Source: Nitrospirales bacterium
GTDB taxonomy: Bacteria > Nitrospirota > Nitrospiria > Nitrospirales > UBA8639
Direction of reading: 5' to 3'
DNA: 64,000 nucleotides
Assembly: GCA_963422365.1 (NCBI GenBank)
Contig: OY729426.1
Span: 352,001-416,000, forward strand
Part shown: positions 20,178 through 30,643 of the stretch, in pieces
Position numbering within the stretch: position 1 is the first letter of the stretch
How the letters are laid out: each line of letters starts with the position of its first letter
Notes under the pieces: model-generated
The model's database searches: none
Told to the model about the DNA's origin: nothing
The model's input: the letters and a program-made list of their open reading frames with translations, nothing else
Made by a program: the position numbers and the translations under genes

Positions 20178-21011
20178 ATTCTGCCTTTGGTTCGAATAGA
20201 TATAATGCAGCAGGCTTCAATTTTTTTCCGACCACGCAGTATGCGGGGACCACGTCGATACCAATTGAGTTGCGTTTCATTCGATTCGCAACAATCAGTG
20301 TTGTTCCTGAACCCATGAGGGGATCAAGGACCGTGTCCCATTCTTTTGTGAACAGCTTGATAAACCATTCCGGCAATGATTCAGGAAACGCTGCGCTGTG
20401 GTTTTTGTTATTACATTCGGTAGCCAGATGTAACACGTTGGTTGGGTAGGTTCTCTCTCTGTCAAGCCAGTTGGAAACGTTTTTGCCAAATCCGCTTCCT
20501 ACCTTTGAGTGGTCACGAGCTTTATCCGTTTCGGAAAGATTTTTCAGCCTCGTATTTGCCCATGCTCCGCCCGGAACCATGACGGCTTCCTGATACATGT
20601 TGAATTGACGATGTTTATTGAATTGCAGCAGGCGTTCCCATGTGTCACGGAAACGATTGGGCCACTTTCCAGGATAACAATTTTTTTATGCCAGATAAAT
20701 TCTTCCGTCCATAACCACCCTTGTTTCCGCATTGCCAAAATCAGTTCAATCACATAAATACTCCGTTCCCTGTTCACGGCTTTTTCTTTGATATTCAGGA
20801 CGAATGTTCTCGTGGCCTTCAGCACGCGGAGCAGCTGTTCTGACATGGGCAAAAACCATGCGACGTATTCCTCAGGATGAATCCCGCCATACGTGTTTTT
20901 TCGCTGATCCGCGTACGGTGGAGACGTCACGATGAGATCGACGGAATTTGCCGGAAGCCGCTGTAGTTGTTCTTTGCTGTCCCCATTGTAGATGTCCGTG
21001 GTTAGTTCCAT
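20137..21011 (-). pseudogene. N4-cytosine-type DNA methyltransferase (beta class), split by a frameshift in an A7 run
   Basis: TSPPY in the N-terminal half and DPLMGSGTT in the C-terminal half. Adding one A at 20681-20687 restores WHKKNCYPGKWPNRFRD. Confidence 0.85.
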
Positions 21012-21188
21012 GCCACAGCCCGTTTCTCTTGATTTCAGTCTGTTGAGTTTCATCAGTGTCGCTTGATCGGCTCTGTTGGCATGCCACCTGCTTTTCTCAA
21101 TTCCACAAAAGTTAAACCTGCTGGCTGCCACTACTTTGAATGGGTGATTCCAGTCTGCATTCCTTGAAAAGAGAGGGAACACTACAGA

Positions 21189-21262
21189 TGGCTGGGGGAG
21201 AAGGATTCGAACCCTCACTCTCAGAGCCAGAATCTGATGTCCTACCCTTAGACGATCCCCCA
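21189..21262 (-). tRNA. tRNA-Gln(CTG)
   Basis: TGGGGGATCGTCTAAGGGTAGGACATCAGATT-CTG-GCTCTGAGAGTGAGGGTTCGAATCCTTCTCCCCCAGCCA; cloverleaf with encoded CCA. Confidence 0.95.
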
Positions 21263-21311
21263 ACTTCTAAAAAAGCTTAATCAAGCCCTGGCAGGCAGTC
21301 AAGGAACCAGA

Positions 21312-21342
21312 GAGATTCTTTCGCCTGCGGCTCGGAATGACA
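21312..21342. repeat. Half copy of a GTCATTC/GAATGAC-type intergenic palindromic repeat
   Basis: gagattctttcgcctgcggctcggaatgaca, related to the elements at 28141 and 59909. Confidence 0.5.
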
Positions 21343-21377
21343 AGCAGGAGGGGGCGATTCAGAGCTTGTCCCGTTCG

Positions 21378-22805
21378 TCATGACGAGGGAATTCTGTGGA
21401 GTGCCTGCTCTATGCGCTGAAGGGTCCGTTCCTTGCCCAGTAATTCCATGACTTCATAAATGCCGGGGCTGAAGGTTCTTCCGGTGAGGGCAATGCGAAG
21501 GGGTTGGGCGAATGTGCCCATCTTCAGACGGTCTTCTTCAAGGATGGTGTCCAACACAGGCTCGAGCGTCTCTTTGGAAAAGGGGGCCACGGTCTTCACT
21601 CGTTCGGCAAATTTGTTGAGGCTGGGGGCAATCGTGGGGGTGAGAAACTTTCCGGCCGCGGCTTCATCCATCGCAACGGGTTCGGTAATATAGGGCAAGG
21701 TCCATTCCACCATTTCGACCAACGTTTTCGCGCGTTCACACAGATAAGGGACCACCGCTTCGATGCCACCCGGGGGTTGAACGAGTCCATCTCGGTCGTA
21801 CCCTTGCTTTTCCAAAAATGGACGTAACAATTCCGCGAGATGCCGAGCCCCACTTTGTTTGATATATTCGGCATTGAGCCATTGCAGCTTTTCCTGGTTG
21901 AACACCGCTGCGGATGATTGCACGGTGTCAAAGGAAAATTTCTCGATCATTTCCTGAATTGAAAAAATCTCCTGGTCGCCATGCGACCACCCCAGCCTGA
22001 CCAGATAATTCACCAGTGCTTCCGGCAGATACCCTATTTCTTGATACGCCAGCACCGACGTGGCTCCATGTCGTTTGGACAGCCTGGATTTGTCCGAACC
22101 CAAAATCATCGGCACATGGGCAAACTTGGGCACCGGATACCCCAACGCTTCAAACAGAGGCACCTGACGAGGCGTGTTATTGACGTGATCGTCACCGCGA
22201 ATCACATGCGTGATCCCCATGAGCGCATCATCAATCACGACAGACAAATTATACGTGGGATAGCCGTTTGATCGAAGAATAATGAGATCGTCCAGCACGG
22301 CATTTTCGAACACGATGGTGCCTTTGATCAGATCCTCGACAACGGTTTGTCCCAGTTGAGGAGACTGAAACCGAAGCACCGCCGGTTCCGTGGGAGCGGT
22401 CAGGCCTCGGTCCCGACATCGTCCATCGTATTTGATGGATTCGCCTTTGGCCTGAGCCTCTTTCCTCCGAGTCTCGAGTGCTTCCGGCGTACACACACAC
22501 CAATACGCTTTACCCTGTTCGAGCAATTCCATGGCTTTTTGTCGGTGCAGATCCAGCCGGTCGCTTTGACGATGGGGCCCTTCATCCCAATCCAGCCCGG
22601 CCCAGCACATGCCCTTGACGATCGCCTCAATGGCTTCATCCGTCGATCGATCTCGATCCGTGTCTTCAATCCGCAAAATAAATTTTCCGCCATGATGTCT
22701 GGCGAACAACCAGTTGAACAAGGCCGTACGAAGACCTCCGATATGGAGAGACCCCGTGGGACTCGGTGCAAAACGAACTCGAACATCATTCATGCCTCTC
22801 TTCAT
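21378..22805 (-). CDS. gltX: Glutamate--tRNA ligase
   Basis: RFAPSPTG.LHIGG, LRIEDTD, HVIRGDDH and LSKRHG motifs. Confidence 0.95.
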   Translation of the reverse strand: MKRGMNDVRVRFAPSPTGSLHIGGLRTALFNWLFARHHGGKFILRIEDTDRDRSTDEAIEAIVKGMCWAGLDWDEGPHRQSDRLDLHRQKAMELLEQGKAYWCVCTPEALETRRKEAQAKGESIKYDGRCRDRGLTAPTEPAVLRFQSPQLGQTVVEDLIKGTIVFENAVLDDLIILRSNGYPTYNLSVVIDDALMGITHVIRGDDHVNNTPRQVPLFEALGYPVPKFAHVPMILGSDKSRLSKRHGATSVLAYQEIGYLPEALVNYLVRLGWSHGDQEIFSIQEMIEKFSFDTVQSSAAVFNQEKLQWLNAEYIKQSGARHLAELLRPFLEKQGYDRDGLVQPPGGIEAVVPYLCERAKTLVEMVEWTLPYITEPVAMDEAAAGKFLTPTIAPSLNKFAERVKTVAPFSKETLEPVLDTILEEDRLKMGTFAQPLRIALTGRTFSPGIYEVMELLGKERTLQRIEQALHRIPSS

Positions 22806-22910
22806 ATCAAAGTGAGCCCTCTCGTTGCCACCTTATTTTTGGCGCCTCTTTGGACAACAGAAGGCATGTTCCTGCCCCAAAACAGGGATGGCGACGCGAC
22901 CATAGCATTT

Positions 22911-22965
22911 GTAGGGCCGGTATCTTATGCCGCCGACAGCAGGCGCCATGAGATGGTGCCACTCC
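22911..22965. repeat. GTAG-type REP doublet
   Basis: GTAGggccggtatcttatgccgcc ... ggcgccatgagatggtgccactcc. Confidence 0.7.
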
Positions 22966-23154
22966 AAAAAAGGGAGACGTGGGTGTCATGAGGCATGTCT
23001 TTCAATGAAAAAACGTCGTTGTCGTTCCACTCGAGAAACGTTGTGAATGATTCAATAACCGATTTCAAACCGCAGCCTTGACCGATCCTACCCTGCATGG
23101 TAGATTCAGTTCTGTTTGGTTGTTGCCTGTCTTGTTTCGAAAACACCGCTGAGT

Positions 23155-23230
23155 GGGGCTGTGGCGCAGTTGGGAGCGCGCGTGAATGGCATTCACGAGG
23201 TCGCCGGTTCAATCCCGGCCAGCTCCACCA
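23155..23230 (+). tRNA. tRNA-Ala(GGC)
   Basis: GGGGCTGTGGCGCAGTTGGGAGCGCGCGTGAAT-GGC-ATTCACGAGGTCGCCGGTTCAATCCCGGCCAGCTCCACCA; G3:U70 pair present. Confidence 0.95.
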
Positions 23231-23348
23231 ACGACTCGTAGCGTTTGTCCTCTTCATCAGCCCCCCACCTCGATTTCTCTTATTTTTTCTCTGTCCATGG
23301 TTTTGAGAGCACAGAGCCCGAGCCACCTCTGTATTTCCGGATTGAACG

Positions 23349-25199
23349 ATGATCCATATTGAATCCTTAACCAAACAGTATCCAACGAAAACACTCTTTT
23401 CCGAGGCGTCGGCCCACCTCCGTCCGGAGACTCGGGTCGGCCTCGTCGGCCGAAACGGAACAGGAAAAACCACGTTGCTCCGGATGCTGATTGGTGAGGA
23501 TTCTCCTGATACGGGCTCGATTCGAAAACGGCCTTGGCTCCGCATCGGGTATCTCCCTCAAGAACTCGACGCACCCACGGACCTGACCGTGCTTCAGGCG
23601 GCCCATCGTGAGCAATACCCCGAACATGAAGCCAAACGGATTTTATCGGGGCTTGGGTTTGGAGACAAGGACTGGAATCGAACACTGCAAACCTACTCCG
23701 GAGGCTATCGCATGCGGGTAGCGCTGGGCCACCTTTTGCTTGCCAACCCCGACGTATTGTTACTCGACGAGCCGACGAACCACTTGGACAAACCCACACA
23801 GGCCTGGTTCGAATCCTTTCTGCTTGCCTCGAAAACGACCATGCTCATCATTAGCCACGATACGACATTCCTTGATCGGGTGACCACGCATATCTGGGAA
23901 ATCCGCAATCATGCCATTCAAGAATATCGCGGAAATTACAAGACCTTTCAATCTTTGCGCGCACGACTCGATGTCCAACAAACGACAGCCGCACAGCGCC
24001 AGGCCAAGGAAGTCGCGCGCGTTCAAAAATTTGTGGATCGGTTCCGCTCTAAGGCCACCAAAGCCAAACAAGTACAATCGCGCATCAAGCAGTTGGAAAA
24101 AATCAAACTCATCGAGACCAAGCGGGACCCCAAACGACTTCGCTTCCGGTTTCCGCAACCTGCCAAAAGTGGGATCCAAGTGTTGGAACTGAACAATATC
24201 AGAAAACAATATGGTGAAAACGTTGTCTATGAGAGGCTGCACTTTTTCATTGAATGTGGGCAACGGGTCGCCTTGGTCGGAGAAAACGGCGCGGGGAAAA
24301 GCACCTTATTGAAAATGTTAGCCGGTGTCTTACCCTTTGAGGCCGGCACGCGACGTGAGGGGCACGGAGTGACGCTGCATTATTTTGCCCAACACCAGGC
24401 CGAGATCCTGAAACCCGAACATTCGATTCTGGAATCATTGACCGAAGCCTCTCCTCAAGCCGAGACCAATTTTTTGCGTCGTACCGCCGGGGTCTTTCTT
24501 TTTTCCGGACAAGATCAGAAAAAGCCGCTCAAAGCCCTGAGCGGTGGGGAGCGAAACCGAGTCGCCCTAGCTCGCATGCTCGTGGAACCGGCAAACACTC
24601 TCCTGTTGGACGAGCCCACCAATCACTTGGACCCTGCCTCCGTGGACGTCCTCACCGATGCGCTCCTCGACTTTCAAGGCACGATCGCGTTCATCTCCCA
24701 TGATCCGATTTTTTTAAGTCGAGTCGCGACTCGGGTTGTGGAGATCGAAGAAGGCCGAGCCAAAGATTACCGGGGAGACTATGAATATTATTTATGGAAA
24801 CGCGCACAAGAACTCGAAGCCTTGAAAGCGCAAGCAGAAGCTCAAGCCCCTGCTGCCCCCAAGGAGAAAAAGCGAAAAACCCGCCAGAGCATCCCTCTCC
24901 CGACAGAGACACCACCGGCATCGAGCACACCCTCTCGCCGCGATATGACCAAAACGATTCATCGGGTAGAAAAACAGGTGGCACGGTCGGAAGAGGAAAT
25001 TGCAGCCCTAGAGGATCGGATCAAAGCCCGAGCCGAAGCACTCGCCGCTCCGGAGCTCTACCAGGATTTTCCTCAGTGGAACGAGTTGCATCACGAGCAT
25101 GAACGCTGGAAACAAGAACTGGAAATGCTGACGAGCCGTTGGTCAGCCCTTTCCACCGAACTCGCGGACCTCAAACACCAACTGACACGGGTCGGCTAA
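23349..25199 (+). CDS. ABC-F family ATPase (Uup/YheS-like)
   Basis: Two ABC domains (GRNGTGKT, GENGAGKS, LLDEPTNHLD twice), linker, C-terminal coiled coil, no TM segments. Confidence 0.92.
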   Translation: MIHIESLTKQYPTKTLFSEASAHLRPETRVGLVGRNGTGKTTLLRMLIGEDSPDTGSIRKRPWLRIGYLPQELDAPTDLTVLQAAHREQYPEHEAKRILSGLGFGDKDWNRTLQTYSGGYRMRVALGHLLLANPDVLLLDEPTNHLDKPTQAWFESFLLASKTTMLIISHDTTFLDRVTTHIWEIRNHAIQEYRGNYKTFQSLRARLDVQQTTAAQRQAKEVARVQKFVDRFRSKATKAKQVQSRIKQLEKIKLIETKRDPKRLRFRFPQPAKSGIQVLELNNIRKQYGENVVYERLHFFIECGQRVALVGENGAGKSTLLKMLAGVLPFEAGTRREGHGVTLHYFAQHQAEILKPEHSILESLTEASPQAETNFLRRTAGVFLFSGQDQKKPLKALSGGERNRVALARMLVEPANTLLLDEPTNHLDPASVDVLTDALLDFQGTIAFISHDPIFLSRVATRVVEIEEGRAKDYRGDYEYYLWKRAQELEALKAQAEAQAPAAPKEKKRKTRQSIPLPTETPPASSTPSRRDMTKTIHRVEKQVARSEEEIAALEDRIKARAEALAAPELYQDFPQWNELHHEHERWKQELEMLTSRWSALSTELADLKHQLTRVG

Positions 25200-25215
25200 T
25201 GACTCGCCCTGCGAG

Positions 25216-26514
25216 TCACGGCCGATAATACTTTTTCTTGTCCAATGCCGGGGGCAAATGGGTTTGTTCGGTTTGGGCGCCTCGATCATGATGAACAGAG
25301 CAATACCCTTTTCCGTATCCCATGTCCTTCATCAGCGACGTCACGGCGTTCCGCAAATGCAAGGGAACAGACAGATTGCCAAATGCCTTGGCATCCTTCC
25401 GTGCTTCGATCAGTCCGACATAGGACGCGTTGCTCTTGGGACATGACGCGAGATACGTAGTCCCATGCGCCAAATTAATTTGTGCTTCGGGGAGCCCTAT
25501 CATTTCCACGGCATGGAAAATTGCCGTGGCCACGACGACCGCCATTGGCTCAGCATTGCCAATATCTTCCGAGGCAAAGATGACCATGCGTCGTGCAATA
25601 AATTTGGGGTCTTCACCACCTTCCAGCATCCGTGCCAACCAATACAGCCCGCCATCGGCGTCGGAATCCCGCATGCTCTTGATATAGGCCGAAATCAGGT
25701 TGTAGTGCTCTTCTCCGTCTTTGTCATATCTCACTCGTTGCTGAAGAATCCCCTCCAACTGGGAACGCGCAACGGTGATCGGCTCAGGAAGGGCGGAGCT
25801 TGCTTGCCGAATCACGTAGTCCAAAGCCGTCAGCATTGACCGGGCATCTCCGTTCCCGTACCGAATCAAATACTGTCGCGCCTCGTGGGTCAGCGTCGCC
25901 CCCAATTCCCCAACTCCGCACTCGACGTCATTCAGCGCTCGATCCAGGATCATGCCCATCGCGTCGTCATCCAACGCATGGAGGGTCACGACCATGGCAC
26001 GAGACAAGAGGGGGGCAATGACTTCAAAGGAAGGATTCTGCGTTGTCGCGCCGATGAGGATGATCTCCCCCTTCTCGACATGAGGCAGAAAGGCATCCTG
26101 CTGCGCTTTGTTAAACCGATGAATTTCATCGACGAACAAAATAGTGGCCTGACCATGGATTCGACGTCGCTGTATGGCTTCTTTGATGATCGCTCGAAGC
26201 TCCGGCACGCCACTGACCACGGCGGAAACCGCAACGAATGCCGATTTCGTTTTTTTGGCAATGATCTGCGCCAACGTGGTTTTTCCAGAGCCGGGTGGTC
26301 CCCACAGAATCAGCGAAGGGACCTGATCCGCTTCAATGGCCCGTCGGAGTGATTGATGCTCGGCGAGCACATGGTCCTGGCCGACAAACTCGTCAAACGT
26401 TTGGGGACGGAGCCGCTCGGCTAAGGGACCATGAGATGAGGGAGATGACTGGTGCGTTGGGACAGAAGACGTGACGAACAAATCAGGTTGTCGGCGATCA
26501 TCATCGGATGACAT
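25216..26514 (-). CDS. rarA: Replication-associated recombination protein A
   Basis: PLAERLRP, GPPGSGKT, DEIHRFNKAQQD, ASEDIG and VPLHLRNA motifs. Confidence 0.93.
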   Translation of the reverse strand: MSSDDDRRQPDLFVTSSVPTHQSSPSSHGPLAERLRPQTFDEFVGQDHVLAEHQSLRRAIEADQVPSLILWGPPGSGKTTLAQIIAKKTKSAFVAVSAVVSGVPELRAIIKEAIQRRRIHGQATILFVDEIHRFNKAQQDAFLPHVEKGEIILIGATTQNPSFEVIAPLLSRAMVVTLHALDDDAMGMILDRALNDVECGVGELGATLTHEARQYLIRYGNGDARSMLTALDYVIRQASSALPEPITVARSQLEGILQQRVRYDKDGEEHYNLISAYIKSMRDSDADGGLYWLARMLEGGEDPKFIARRMVIFASEDIGNAEPMAVVVATAIFHAVEMIGLPEAQINLAHGTTYLASCPKSNASYVGLIEARKDAKAFGNLSVPLHLRNAVTSLMKDMGYGKGYCSVHHDRGAQTEQTHLPPALDKKKYYRP

Positions 26515-26615
26515 GAGTCCTCATGTCTGCGGTAGGATCCACACGTTCGCCTATGCTATCCTTCCACAGGAAGCCGGTGCAAATGAAATGACTAGCGCCC
26601 TGCCTTATATATCTT

Positions 26616-26672
26616 GTAGCGGCGCCATCTCATGGCGCCCTGCCTGGGCAGCATATGTGATGCTGCAACGAC
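26616..26672. repeat. GTAG-type REP doublet
   Basis: GTAGcggcgccatctcatggcgcc ... ggcagcatatgtgatgctgc. Confidence 0.7.
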
Positions 26673-26757
26673 AGAGACACATCTCGCCACCGGTTTTGTG
26701 TTCAGGAATACAACAGCGTCAAAGTCAACACATGCACCCTGCTCCAAGAGGAAACAT

Positions 26758-27240
26758 CAGAGTGGGGATGGTTGTCTAAAGTCTTTGAGGATATTGACCC
26801 CAATATCAATAGCAGTGGTCTTATGGGCTATGCCAGGCGGAGCCACCAACACGGTGTAGATGTTGGGAATCATTTGTATTGGTTGTCATCGAACCAGACA
26901 CTCCTCATTCCTGCGGGCGGATAGTCGTGTAAATCCTACCCAACGGTGGAATTCCGCCAGAGACTCCTGGCCCTTCGTGAATTCAAGGTAGTCTACCAAA
27001 CCAACCTTCACCTAAAAACATGGACAGTCGTTCTGACTGAATGATAGTGTCTGGGTCTACGAGCCATCGGGTGAAGGTGGCTTTGAAGATGTTGAGTCTC
27101 TGACAGATGATTGATTCTATCTTGGATTCTCGTTCTGCAGATAACTTTGGCCAGAGTTTCATCAGAGTCCGGAAGACATCCACCAGCTTGGCAAGGGCTG
27201 TTGTTGCCGTTAGATGCTTGAGGACTTCGACGACTTCCAT
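26758..27240 (-). pseudogene. Frameshifted phage DUF3987/YfjI-like primase-helicase N-terminus
   Basis: Across frameshifts it reads LVDYLEFTKGQESLAEFHRWVG..., RSVWFDDNQYK and IPNIYTVLVAPPGIAHKTTAI (P-loop-like). Confidence 0.55.
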
Positions 27241-27400
27241 TAAGACTGCTCCTTCATATCATCCCAGTTGTGCCCAACCTTGACAGAACCAAGGAAGTGG
27301 CCTGGGATACCAAAGATTGTTTCAGTTTGATCGAAGGCTTTTATGATTGGGTCCAAGTCACCCGACTCTTCTAGGTCAATCCCAACCATCAAGTGGAGGC
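27240..27400 (-). pseudogene. C-terminal remnant of a phage family-A DNA polymerase
   Basis: Ends GSVKVGHNWDDMK, like the PolA terminal K.G.NW motif. Its stop overlaps the start of the DUF3987-like gene. Confidence 0.4.
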
Positions 27401-27417
27401 AGAAAAGGCGGTAGAAA

Positions 27418-27834
27418 ATGGATATTGATTCCTTCGCCAAATATATGAACTTGGTGGTTTTGAAGAAAGGGGAAGTGAGCGTTGGTGCCCTGATCCACAC
27501 AAGCAAACTTTCACAAGGATGGTGGGGAGTATATGAATCACAAGTACAGAAAATGATGAAGGCGAAAGGTGAGGATTGGGGTGTGGTCTTCCTTCTTGGA
27601 AAGTCTAAGGACAGTGCCGGCTATTGGGTTACGAGTGAAAATTTAATACAGGCAGAGTCGACACTCTCCCATTCAAAAAAACACTCTCACATCCATCTTG
27701 GAGATTTAGAAGGAGAAGGCAATCGTCTTTCAGCTAAAAAGTTTTCTACGGTTCAGGACTTCCTTCGATTAAGCGGACTACATCCACCTGAAACAACCGA
27801 GCTGGTCAACATGCAGCGGGACATTAAAGATTGA
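27418..27834 (+). CDS. Hypothetical protein (AT-richer, likely acquired)
   Basis: 138-aa ORF with a plausible RBS (aggcgg); no family recognised. Confidence 0.55.
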   Translation: MDIDSFAKYMNLVVLKKGEVSVGALIHTSKLSQGWWGVYESQVQKMMKAKGEDWGVVFLLGKSKDSAGYWVTSENLIQAESTLSHSKKHSHIHLGDLEGEGNRLSAKKFSTVQDFLRLSGLHPPETTELVNMQRDIKD

Positions 27835-28140
27835 CAAGTCGATTATCAGCGGCCAGAAAGTCGTGATGACAAAATTCACGGTGATTTAGAGACGATGAAA
27901 GCCGGTCTCGCTGATAGAGTAAAAGATATTGCGGTTATGCGGTTATTAGGACTATCCTACAAAAGGGTAGAAGCCTCGCGCGTCGTAGCCGTAGGCTTGG
28001 TATTATGACCGTCGTTAGGGTTCGTCGTATTCGCAGTCTGGCTTGGGTTCTTCAGAGGAACTAAAGGGGAAACCCGCTTTGGACCAGATCCCTTGCCGCT
28101 AATTGAAGCACATCCAAATATTCCTGAGAATTCCCAATAA

Positions 28141-28247
28141 TGTCATTCCTGCGAAAGCAGGAATCCAGTCTCTTCGTCTGCCTTTCATCGTAAGGGTAAG
28201 CACAGAATGAGCCAAGTGGATTCCCGCTAACAACTGTGGGAATGACA
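28141..28247. repeat. GTCATTCC...GGAATGAC palindromic intergenic repeat doublet
   Basis: tgtcattcctgcgaaagcaggaatcca ... tggattcccgctaacaactgtgggaatgaca. Confidence 0.75.
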
Positions 28248-28276
28248 GAAGACTAAACAAAACCTGAGAGTTCTTG

Positions 28277-29071
28277 ATGAAAGCATACGTCAACGGCATC
28301 GATTTGGCCTATTCAGATGAAGGACACGGAGCCCCGATCGTTTTTCTCCACGCGTTTCCGCTGAATCGCACCATGTGGGAACCGCAAGTCACCGGACTCG
28401 CGGATCGCTATCGAGTCATCACCATCGACATACGCGGGAATGGAGAATCCGATGCGCCGATGTGGCGCTATACCCTGGACCAGTCCGTCGAAGACATCAA
28501 AGGCTTGCTGGATCAGCTTGCCATTTCTAAAGCGACATTCGTGGGGCTGTCCATGGGTGGGTATATCCTCTTTGCCCTCTATCGGAAGCACCCGGCGCTG
28601 ATTCAGGCGTTTGTGTTGGCCGATACCCGAGCAACCGCCGATATGCCCGAAGCCAAAGCCGCTCGATTCTCCATGGCCCAGATCGCGTATCACCGAGGCC
28701 TGTCGGCCATTGCCGATCTCATGTTGCCCAAATTGTTGAGCCCCGCTTCTTGTGAACACCGTGCAGACTTACAGGATCACCTACGCACGATCATCACCGA
28801 CAATCAGGTCTCCGGGATTGTAGGTGATCTCATGGCCATGGAAGAACGACCGGATTCCACTCCGCTCCTAGCAAGCCTCACCGTTCCGACTTTGGTGATC
28901 GTCGGTGAAGAAGATGTCGCCTCACCACCTGAGGAGGTGGAAGGCATGGCCAAGCAAATCCCCTGTTCAACCTTTGTGCGTATCCCTCACGCCGGACATC
29001 TCTCGAACATGGAAAATCCTGACGCCTTCAACTCGGCGATCCTGACTTTTTTGACATCGTTGAACAAGTGA
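28277..29071 (+). CDS. Alpha/beta fold hydrolase (PcaD-like)
   Basis: LHAFP, GLSMGG nucleophile elbow, GEED and AGHL catalytic residues. Confidence 0.9.
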   Translation: MKAYVNGIDLAYSDEGHGAPIVFLHAFPLNRTMWEPQVTGLADRYRVITIDIRGNGESDAPMWRYTLDQSVEDIKGLLDQLAISKATFVGLSMGGYILFALYRKHPALIQAFVLADTRATADMPEAKAARFSMAQIAYHRGLSAIADLMLPKLLSPASCEHRADLQDHLRTIITDNQVSGIVGDLMAMEERPDSTPLLASLTVPTLVIVGEEDVASPPEEVEGMAKQIPCSTFVRIPHAGHLSNMENPDAFNSAILTFLTSLNK

Positions 29072-29137
29072 GGAGAGGAGGCACTGCAGGACGGATGACA
29101 GGGGCCTTGCCAGAGACCGGTGGTCAGCAATCCAAGC

Positions 29138-29785
29138 TCAGGCGGATCGACCGATGAGCTTCAAGAATTCATCGCGGGTTTGTTGTTCCTTTCGAAACAC
29201 CCCAAGCATATGACTCGTGACGGCTATCGCGTTTTGCTTTTCAACGCCGCGCATCATCATGCACAAATGCTGCGCTTCGATGACGACCCCCACCCCCAAG
29301 GGGGTCAGCGCTGTCTTGAGCGTCTCGGCAATTTCAACCGTCAGGCGTTCTTGAACCTGAAGCCGTCGGCTCAGCACTTCGACGATCCTAGGCATTTTGC
29401 TGAGGCCGACGACCCGTTGATCCGGAATATACCCGATATGGCACTTTCCAAAAAACGGAAGCAGATGATGTTCGCATAAGCTATAAAAATCTATATCCCG
29501 GATAATGACCATCTCGTCATACTCAAGAGGGAACAATGCCCCATTGATGATATCCCGAATGTCTTGATCATACCCTTTCGTCAAAAACGTGAGGGCTTGG
29601 GCGACTCGCTCAGGCGTTTTCTCCAACCCACTGCGTGTCGGATCTTCTCCGAGCAATTTCAAGAGTTGAGCGATCAGCGGCTGTAATGATTCGCCGTCGC
29701 GAGAGGTGAGGGCGGAGGCTGGGACAGCCTTGGTTGTCCGCACACGTTGCGCCGTTGATTCCTTGGGAGAATGACGCTTGCTCAT
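29138..29785 (-). CDS. folE: GTP cyclohydrolase I
   Basis: [26 protein letters not shown] and HLCMMMRGV motifs. Confidence 0.95.
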   Translation of the reverse strand: MSKRHSPKESTAQRVRTTKAVPASALTSRDGESLQPLIAQLLKLLGEDPTRSGLEKTPERVAQALTFLTKGYDQDIRDIINGALFPLEYDEMVIIRDIDFYSLCEHHLLPFFGKCHIGYIPDQRVVGLSKMPRIVEVLSRRLQVQERLTVEIAETLKTALTPLGVGVVIEAQHLCMMMRGVEKQNAIAVTSHMLGVFRKEQQTRDEFLKLIGRSA

Positions 29786-29843
29786 AGGGTATGGAGAACG
29801 AAAGGAAACTTTCTTAGGCAGATTGGTGTTCAGGAGAAACGGA

Positions 29844-30257
29844 CTAGCCGGCCTGATATTCGAAATAATTGTCACGTGTTTCAATCAACCCGATTTTTTC
29901 CAACCGTCCCACCGTGACGTGGTTCACCAATTCATCCCAAATAAACTTGACGAGATTTTCGCCGGTGGTCACGAGATGCTGAAATGCCGGATCGTGATTC
30001 AGATGACGGTGATCGAAGCGTTCCACGATTTTTTGGTTCACCAGTCGGTCCAAGGCCTGGACATTCGTCACTTCCCCGGTTTGCGGATCCAGTTCGCCGG
30101 TCACCGTCACGAACACGGTATAGTTATGGCCATGCCCATTGGGGTTGTTGCACTTGCCGAAGACTTTTTGATTGACGTCATCGGGCAAGGCATCCGTATG
30201 CAGCCGGTGGGCCGCGCAGAACTGATATTGACGGGTCACGCAGATTTTTTCCTTCAT
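29844..30257 (-). CDS. queD: 6-carboxytetrahydropterin / 6-pyruvoyl-tetrahydropterin synthase
   Basis: [30 protein letters not shown] and ET motifs. Confidence 0.85.
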   Translation of the reverse strand: MKEKICVTRQYQFCAAHRLHTDALPDDVNQKVFGKCNNPNGHGHNYTVFVTVTGELDPQTGEVTNVQALDRLVNQKIVERFDHRHLNHDPAFQHLVTTGENLVKFIWDELVNHVTVGRLEKIGLIETRDNYFEYQAG

Positions 30258-30289
30258 CAGGATCGACTCTTTGCGAGCATTATCACGTG

Positions 30290-30637
30290 TCAACTCTTGG
30301 TGGCATTCGAGGAGTCTTGCTGATCGGCAGCCGAGGGCTCCCATTTTTCTGCAGGCACCTGGACCACAACGTCTCCCAGAACCGTGGCTTGGCAACTGAG
30401 ACGATGATAGGGTTCGGTCAGCGCTTCGCGATCGAGCAAGTCCTGCTCTTCAAAATCTATTTCGGATAAATGCTCTCCCCCCACGATCACTTCGACGCGG
30501 CAGGTCGAGCACGAGGCACTCCCGCCGCAGTCATGATTGAGCGGGAAGCCCAAATACTCGGCAGCCTCCAGGAGTGTGACGTTCTCCGGAACCTCACCGT
30601 TTGTGCCTTCCGGATGAAGAAAGGTGACGCGCGGCAT
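30290..30637 (-). CDS. [2Fe-2S] ferredoxin (adrenodoxin/Isc Fdx-like)
   Basis: CGGSASCSTC...RLSCQ cysteine pattern. Confidence 0.9.
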   Translation of the reverse strand: MPRVTFLHPEGTNGEVPENVTLLEAAEYLGFPLNHDCGGSASCSTCRVEVIVGGEHLSEIDFEEQDLLDREALTEPYHRLSCQATVLGDVVVQVPAEKWEPSAADQQDSSNATKS

Positions 30638-30643
30638 CAGATA

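Noticed and set aside
21012..21263. N-terminal extension of the ORF 20544-21263
   Set aside because: It overlaps tRNA-Gln; MTase similarity begins at ATG 21011.
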